A stretch of DNA of 61,770 nt from Candidatus Bathyarchaeota archaeon (GTDB taxonomy: Archaea; Thermoproteota; Bathyarchaeia; Bathyarchaeales; DTEX01): positions 1 to 61,770 of the forward strand of contig PIYB01000014.1 of NCBI GenBank assembly GCA_003601835.1, written 5' to 3'. The notes under the pieces were generated by a model. It did not search any database and was not told the origin of the DNA. It worked only from the letters and a program-made list of their open reading frames with translations. Shown one piece after another: positions 55,941-61,770 of this stretch. Each line of letters starts with the position of its first letter. Position 1 is the first letter of the stretch. A program made the position numbers and the translations under genes.

Positions 55941-57308
55941 CTATTTTATGTAGCGGTAATACCGGTAGCCGTGGTCGTGACTTTGGGTTCCTAAGTTAAC
56001 CAATGCGAACTCGTTTTTAGGCGGGATCACGCTTTCGTTCAGTTGGCGTCTTCCTTCATGAAGGTCTTCGTAGACATCCATCGATATTCTTTGTCTTTCG
56101 GCAAGATTCTTCATCAGCTTTATTCCTTTCGCTACTTCCTTGTATTCCGGTTGCACGATGAAGCTGCAAACTATGGCGCTGCTTCCGCTGCCGTATGAGC
56201 CTATTCCTAGACGTTTCCCAGTTAAGTCGTCACGCCGGGTCTCGAGATGACTCGCCACACCTAGCCACACAGAAGCCGTGTAAGAGTTTCCGATAATTCT
56301 AAGTGCGGTAAGCGAATCAGCAATCTTCTCTTCGTATTCCTTAATGAACTCCTCGGTTTTCGTGAATTTTCTTCTGAAGTTTTTATGGTCGTCCGACACG
56401 TAATATTCCACATCTGTCATGCCTTCCCGGCTGGGTTCAGGACCTATCTTCCGCGAAATTGTTTTCCACCGTGGAAGGTTTCTCCAGTCATGCGCCAAGA
56501 AATCTGCGAAAGCGTACTGAACCATTTTCGGGAAAGGAGAATGGAAGGACGCTAAGCCTAACTTGTCAACCAGACTATCCTGACCCGACTTGAGCACCCC
56601 CGCATTTATCATGTTCTTCTTGTACGCATCCACAGCAATCCTCATGTCCCTCAAGTAACAAGCGATGGAATATTGCCCATCCACCACCGCTGTTTTCCGC
56701 TCGACCGGTCTGAAGAAATCTCGGTCATCAACGGTGCCGAAACCGGTGAACTTAGGCTCATAAACCAAAAGCCGAGGATTCTCTTTGAGAAGCAACGCTA
56801 TTGCAGCTGCGCCTTGAGTTGGCTCGCCAGACGAGTTCAGCTCATACCTTGCAATGTCTGTGGCTACAACTATCGCGCACGGAGCTCTGTTCCAACCTGA
56901 AGCAATGTAAGCAAGACGATCTATCATCGCGTAGGTTGCACCGACGCAAGCAAACTTGGTCTCCGGCGCGCCAACATGGTCGAAGCTTCCCTTACCATAA
57001 ATCTGCTCCAACATGCCTTGAACGTAACACGAAATCGGCTTGGAAGCGTCAGGACCTGTCTCAGTGGCTACATGTATAAAATCAACATCTTTCGGCTGCA
57101 GGTCATTCTTCTCCATAAGCTTCAAGGCAGCCATAGCAGCCATCGTTGCTGCATCTTCATGCGCATCAGGTATGGAGAGCTTCTCTATGCCGAGGCCTTT
57201 AGTGAGCTTCCCGGGAGGTATCCCTCGAGCGTTAGCCATCTCTTCAGCGTCAAGATAAATTTTCGGAACATATGTTGCGATGTCGTCGATTCCAACAATC
57301 TTTTCCAA
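55941..57308 (-). CDS. hydroxymethylglutaryl-CoA synthase (long form)
   Basis: 455 aa. ATETGPDASKP (catalytic Glu), KFACVGATYAM (Cys), SFHSPFPKMV (His), GNSYTASVWLG. Confidence 0.85.
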   Translation of the reverse strand: MEKIVGIDDIATYVPKIYLDAEEMANARGIPPGKLTKGLGIEKLSIPDAHEDAATMAAMAALKLMEKNDLQPKDVDFIHVATETGPDASKPISCYVQGMLEQIYGKGSFDHVGAPETKFACVGATYAMIDRLAYIASGWNRAPCAIVVATDIARYELNSSGEPTQGAAAIALLLKENPRLLVYEPKFTGFGTVDDRDFFRPVERKTAVVDGQYSIACYLRDMRIAVDAYKKNMINAGVLKSGQDSLVDKLGLASFHSPFPKMVQYAFADFLAHDWRNLPRWKTISRKIGPEPSREGMTDVEYYVSDDHKNFRRKFTKTEEFIKEYEEKIADSLTALRIIGNSYTASVWLGVASHLETRRDDLTGKRLGIGSYGSGSSAIVCSFIVQPEYKEVAKGIKLMKNLAERQRISMDVYEDLHEGRRQLNESVIPPKNEFALVNLGTQSHDHGYRYYRYIK

Positions 57309-57528
57309 AAGGCCTCACCAGTCTTTCATTACCTTCAGTTGTTCTAGACGTTTAAGAAACAGTAAATATAACCTTTGCTGGAAATCCCGTTTTCTTTGCC
57401 AGTCACCGTACCCTCTCTGGAAAAAATTGTGCATCGCAAACCACGGTTCCTAGAACGGAGGCTTACAAACCCTTTCTCCGTTCAGGAGCCTTAAAAGCGC
57501 CTAGCTTGCCTCTGAAAGAACGGTCATC

Positions 57529-58680
57529 CTACAGGATTCTTCCATTTTTCATTATGACTTCGTTGTTTTCCACTATCTCAATTGTAGCCGACGGGTCTGT
57601 AACGAAATCCCAATGCATGCACGACCTCGAGGTGCCCCCGTACCCCAGGTTGCTTCCGAAAGCAACATGAACAGAACCGCCGAGCTTTTCATCCGTCAAT
57701 ATGTAGCCGATGGCTTTGTCAATCGCCGGGTTGCAGCCTATTCCTAGCTCAGCGATGTTGGTTGTGCGAACCTCCTTTTCTTTGCTGTCTATCTCCAGGC
57801 ACCGTTTGAAGGAATCAATCATCTGGTCCTGGTTAACCCTCGCTTTACACTTTTCGAGAACTAAACGGCCGTCCTCGAAATATAGGGTGACATCCCGGAT
57901 TATCTTGTTCGTGAACCTGTCGATTGTGACCGGACAGAAAATTGTTCCTTCACCAACAGTTTCGTGAGGTGCAATGAACAGTTCGCCGGCAGGCAGATTG
58001 TTGCCTAAGTCTCCGATCTCAATATCATGGTCATCAACAACCCCGTCATCCTCGTTTATCCGACGACCCTTTATCCTACACGTGAATTCTGTTCCTTGCC
58101 CGTCAGTGACCCGAAGCTCCTCTGCACCTTTCAACCGTTCAGCCAGCCGCGAGGTTCTCTGTTTAAGAACTGAAGCAGGCACAGTCATGCCTTCAATTAT
58201 TAGTCTTTCCAGATCGTTGTAGTCGATCCCATAGAAGCTTGCCGCTTCAGGGGTCGGCCACCCGGCGTAAGTCCATTTTTTACCTAGACCCTCGTCCTCG
58301 CCATACAGAACCTTTCTTATGGGCACATTAGCCTTCGTTCTCGCAGCGATCTTTTCACGTGGAAAAAGGGTTTGGATGCGTGGATCCTTGAACGGTTCAA
58401 CCACAATGTACGCATCAGCCTCCTTGACGGCGCCCAGCAGATGCTTCGGCGTGACCTCTAAGGTTTCCACCGGCACCTCTTTATAGATTCGTGCAGAGTA
58501 ATCGTCGCTTGTTGCAATGATCAACGGCTGCGCACCTTTCTTGTAACACATGATACCAATCTCCTCTAAGAGGCTTTGGGTGTGAGTTCCACCACGGATG
58601 ATGACAGCTTCACCTTGTTTAAGGTTCATACCTGTAACGATGGCCTCAGCGCACTTCACGATTTTTTCTTTCGAGATCAT
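57529..58680 (-). CDS. M29 family aminopeptidase (AmpS/PepS-like)
   Basis: 383 aa. N-terminus KCAEAIVTGMNLKQGEAVIIRG, LPAGELFIAP, and C-terminal GGSVHVAFG...HWDF blocks of thermophilic metalloaminopeptidases. Confidence 0.75.
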   Translation of the reverse strand: MISKEKIVKCAEAIVTGMNLKQGEAVIIRGGTHTQSLLEEIGIMCYKKGAQPLIIATSDDYSARIYKEVPVETLEVTPKHLLGAVKEADAYIVVEPFKDPRIQTLFPREKIAARTKANVPIRKVLYGEDEGLGKKWTYAGWPTPEAASFYGIDYNDLERLIIEGMTVPASVLKQRTSRLAERLKGAEELRVTDGQGTEFTCRIKGRRINEDDGVVDDHDIEIGDLGNNLPAGELFIAPHETVGEGTIFCPVTIDRFTNKIIRDVTLYFEDGRLVLEKCKARVNQDQMIDSFKRCLEIDSKEKEVRTTNIAELGIGCNPAIDKAIGYILTDEKLGGSVHVAFGSNLGYGGTSRSCMHWDFVTDPSATIEIVENNEVIMKNGRIL

Positions 58681-59123
58681 CTATATGTCACCATGTTCCC
58701 TAACCAAAATGGTTTGACGAAGTTCTAAACACGTTGGATATTCCGCTTTGCACCTATTTAATATATATCCAATCTTCGCCTTCGCTTGAACCCCCCGCAA
58801 GGAAACGGTCATCCGTAGGCTAACGAAGAACAGCGCAGATTCAACCATAGCTGATGACAAGGCTGAACCCGTTTCAGGGCAACATCCATGCTGAATGGCT
58901 TGTTCTTCTCGGAACCCTTTTTATGCAACGAACGGAAAACGATGAATGAGGGGATGACGTAACCGAAAAACCTGACAACAGATGAAGAACTCACGACGGA
59001 CAGACCCTCAACTATATGGCGTGCCCACCGAAACCGAATAATAAAAAAGAGGAATCCGGCTTATCTTGCGCTTCCGTTCTAAGCTAGGAGTCTCCTTTAG
59101 TCTTTGTTTTTCCAACAAACAAT

Positions 59124-61313
59124 CTAGGATGGTTCAACCTCGAAACTGCCGGTTAACCGGATGTCTTGTGACGAGCTTCCGATCATCACCTTGAAGGTTC
59201 CAGGTTCAACGATCCATTTTAGGTCACGTCCAACAAACGCTAGGTCCCTCGAAGACACTGTGAACGTCACGGTTTTCTTTTCACCCGGTTCAAACGTAAC
59301 CCTTTTGAAGCCTTTAAGCTCCTGAACAGGTCTTGTCACACTTGCGACAACATCACGTAGGTAAAGCTGAACAACCTCATCCCCCTTCCTGTCACCCACA
59401 TTCTTTACGTCCAAGCTTATCTTGATCGCGCCGTCAACCTTCATGCTAGCTGGCTCTATCCGTAGGTTGCTGTACTCGAACTGCGTGTAGCTCAACCCAT
59501 GCCCGAAAGGAAACAGCGGAGTATACGGCAAATCAAGATACCTCGAAGTGAACCTCTCCGAAGACGGAGGCCTACCTGTGTTCTTATGATTGTAGTAAAT
59601 CGGCACCTGCCCTACGGTTCGAGGAAACGTCACAGGCAACTTGCCGCCGGGATTATATTCACCGAAGACCACATCAGCAACAGCGTAGCCTGCTTGGATC
59701 CCGGGGAACCAAGCTTCCAGTATTGCAGGAACATGTTCCGCTGACCAAGATATGGATAAAGGTCTCCCGTTCATAAGCACCTCAACAACCGGCGTGCCAG
59801 TGTCCAAGACGGTTTTCACAAGCTCCTCCTGGACTCCCGGCAGGTCTAGAGACGACCGGGAAGCAGCTTCCCCGCTCATGTCTCTGTTTTCTCCAACGAC
59901 AACTATTGCCACTTCGGCGGCTTTCGCCTTTTCCGCGGCTTCTTCGAACCCTTCAGTTCCTGTTCCTTCGATTTCGCATCCTTTTGCGTACAAGACTTTG
60001 GTGTTCGAGGATACTTTGGCTTTGACGCCTTCGAGAACCGTAACGACGTTTTCAAGGTCTCCTAGACACGCCCATGGACCAAGAGGCGCCTCATGGTCGT
60101 CTGCTAAGGGACCTATAACGGCTATGGAATCCAGGTTCGTCTTTAAGGGTAGAAGGTTGCCTTCATTCTTCAAAAGCACAATCGACTTCCGCGCCAATTC
60201 AAGCGCAGCATCCAAATGTTCTTTGCAAAGTATGACTTCGCCGGCGCGTTCTGGGCTGATGAAGGGATTATCAAACAAGCCCAGTTTGAATTTAATCCTT
60301 AAAATTCGTCTAACCGCTTCGTCCACCGTTTCCTCAGAAACCTTTCCTTCCCTCACCAGCTGATCCAACGTTTTCTGGTAGATATCGCCGCACATGTCCA
60401 TGTCAACGCCGGCTTCAACTGCTTCCTTTGCTGCTTCCGCTGGTGTCCCAGCGATCCCATGGCTCATAAGTTCGCCGACTGCGTTCCAGTCGCTCACAAC
60501 GAAGCCTTCGAAACCCCATTCCTCACGGAGAATATTTGTAAGAGTGTACCGGTTAGCAGAAGCAGGAATACCGTTCAGATCGTTAAAGGCGCTCATCACC
60601 GTGCCGGCGCCGCCGTCCACTACGGCAGCCTTGAAAGGCGGCAGATACACTTCCCTGAGAACCCTTTCAGAAACATCCACAGTGTTGTAGTCTCTTCCCC
60701 CTTCAGCCCCGCCGTAAGCCACGTAATGCTTGGGGCATGCAACCACAGTGTCGAGATGAGATAGGTTGGCTCCTTGAAATCCTTCAACCAAAGCCTTAGC
60801 CATAACTGAACCCAAGTAGGGGTCTTCCCCGGCGCCTTCAGCGATGCGGCCCCATCTAGGGTCTCTTGCTATGTCAACCATAGGCGCGAAGGTCCAGTGT
60901 GTTCCTTCGGATGCAGCTTCTTTCGCTGCGATGGACGCCGCTTTTTTCACAGCGTCAGGGTCCCATGTGCTAGCAAGTCCAAGCGGAATCGGAAAGATTG
61001 TTTTGTATCCATGTATCACGTCTAACCCGAAGATGAGGGGGATGCCTAGACGAGACTGTTCCACGGCGATCTTTTGAACTTTGTTGGTGTTTTCTACGCC
61101 TGTAACATTGAGGAATGAGCCTACTCGCCCTTTTCTAAGTAAAGCCTCATGTTTCTCGTTGAAGCCGCTATATTGGCACATCTGTCCGATTTTTTCTTCA
61201 ATCGTCATCCTCGCAAGCAGGTCATCAACCCTTTTTTCAACGGGTTGGCTAAGGTCTCTATAAACTGGGTTTACGTCTTTTTGACGATGCAAAGGGTTTT
61301 CTCCTCTCCACAT
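59124..61313 (-). CDS. glycoside hydrolase family 3 beta-glucosidase (BglX-like)
   Basis: 729 aa. MTIEEKIGQM, DVIHG, the GFVVSDW nucleophile motif, and a C-terminal fibronectin-like domain (VQLYLRD). Confidence 0.9.
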   Translation of the reverse strand: MWRGENPLHRQKDVNPVYRDLSQPVEKRVDDLLARMTIEEKIGQMCQYSGFNEKHEALLRKGRVGSFLNVTGVENTNKVQKIAVEQSRLGIPLIFGLDVIHGYKTIFPIPLGLASTWDPDAVKKAASIAAKEAASEGTHWTFAPMVDIARDPRWGRIAEGAGEDPYLGSVMAKALVEGFQGANLSHLDTVVACPKHYVAYGGAEGGRDYNTVDVSERVLREVYLPPFKAAVVDGGAGTVMSAFNDLNGIPASANRYTLTNILREEWGFEGFVVSDWNAVGELMSHGIAGTPAEAAKEAVEAGVDMDMCGDIYQKTLDQLVREGKVSEETVDEAVRRILRIKFKLGLFDNPFISPERAGEVILCKEHLDAALELARKSIVLLKNEGNLLPLKTNLDSIAVIGPLADDHEAPLGPWACLGDLENVVTVLEGVKAKVSSNTKVLYAKGCEIEGTGTEGFEEAAEKAKAAEVAIVVVGENRDMSGEAASRSSLDLPGVQEELVKTVLDTGTPVVEVLMNGRPLSISWSAEHVPAILEAWFPGIQAGYAVADVVFGEYNPGGKLPVTFPRTVGQVPIYYNHKNTGRPPSSERFTSRYLDLPYTPLFPFGHGLSYTQFEYSNLRIEPASMKVDGAIKISLDVKNVGDRKGDEVVQLYLRDVVASVTRPVQELKGFKRVTFEPGEKKTVTFTVSSRDLAFVGRDLKWIVEPGTFKVMIGSSSQDIRLTGSFEVEPS

Positions 61314-61418
61314 GCATTATTGAGCGCGTTTCTTAAATGGTTTCCTCATTGTTGCTTCCTAGAGAAACACAAGGTCCATATACTGTCCGCGTGTTATGTT
61401 TATTGTGGAGAAAAGTTC

Positions 61419-61770
61419 ATGAGCAACGATGTTAGGGTAACCACGAAAATCAAGCTTCACTGCGCCAACATGATCGTAGGCTTAGATGGATGGGGGAACG
61501 CAGGCAAGGTTTCTACTTTCACCATTAAATATCTGTTAGACAAGTTGGGAGCACAAAGTTTCGGTGAAATCCCAATAGAATTCTTTCACAACTATCTGAT
61601 TCACCGGCCAATTGTCTCAATAAAAGAAGGCCTCATACACTCGTATATTCCGCCGAAAAACGCTCTTTACTACTGGAAAGACGAAACAGGCGAGTCGTGT
61701 CTGATACTGCTTCTCGGTCACGAACCGCATACAAACTGGCCGAGATTCGTAGAAGCTATGCTGTCGGTGG
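61419..61770 (+). CDS. PAC2-family proteasome assembly chaperone-like protein (3' partial, runs off the window)
   Basis: Manual translation from ATG 61419 gives MSNDVRVTTKIKLHCANMIVGLDGWGNAGKVSTFTIKYLLDKL...LLLGHEPHTNW. The GLDGWGNAG and GHEP blocks are typical of PAC2/DUF75. No stop codon before the window ends. Confidence 0.55.
   Translation, partial: MSNDVRVTTKIKLHCANMIVGLDGWGNAGKVSTFTIKYLLDKLGAQSFGEIPIEFFHNYLIHRPIVSIKEGLIHSYIPPKNALYYWKDETGESCLILLLGHEPHTNWPRFVEAMLSV

Noticed and set aside
1-61770. CRISPR arrays, rRNA genes and intron-containing tRNAs.
   Set aside because: No regularly spaced direct repeats of 24 to 40 bp and no rRNA-like conserved stretches were seen. Both tRNAs fold without introns.

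Overview
This window reads as a chromosomal segment from an archaeon, probably of the TACK/Thermoproteota type. I cannot place it more precisely without a database search. It is densely coded, with about 65 protein genes, 2 tRNAs, and no rRNA or CRISPR array. ORF-track coordinates include the stop codon.

Information-processing genes dominate:
- Clp1-like kinase and endonuclease III.
- The conserved block Dph2, NPPF methyltransferase, Csl4, RpoL.
- Sua5, RadA and Orc1/Cdc6.
- aIF2-beta, ProRS, and a tight TFS, PCNA, PriL, PriS, GINS cluster.
- Nre, GatC and GatA.

Metabolic modules:
- A UbiD-family decarboxylase with a small partner, convergent with the two subunits of an aconitase-X-type dehydratase. 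This matches the archaeal trans-anhydromevalonate-phosphate branch of the mevalonate pathway. An HMG-CoA synthase lies elsewhere in the window.
- An EtfB, EtfA and GlcD-type FAD dehydrogenase operon.
- NadA, AMP phosphorylase, and a ROK-like kinase with a PIG-L deacetylase.
- ThuA, a GH3 beta-glucosidase, and a processive GT2 synthase.

The least explained parts:
1. An envelope locus. An ABC-2 exporter is divergent from two tandem paralogous RHH plus V4R-like proteins, followed by a 704-aa sequon-rich, C-terminally anchored surface protein.
2. About 900 bp holding five tiny stop/start-coupled ORFs, mostly coiled-coil. The array ends exactly at the truncation point of an aldo/keto reductase pseudogene.
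3. An intergenic element of about 40 bp with a TATA-like core, present at two sites 20 kb apart. One site is duplicated and inverted.
4. An ORB-like box with a G-string between the orc1 and radA operons.
5. A stand-alone RNase III-like domain protein.

Four decayed genes are visible: one 8-bp tandem duplication, two genes with nonsense codons, and one homopolymer frameshift. Many family-supported N-termini begin at TTG or GTG rather than ATG.
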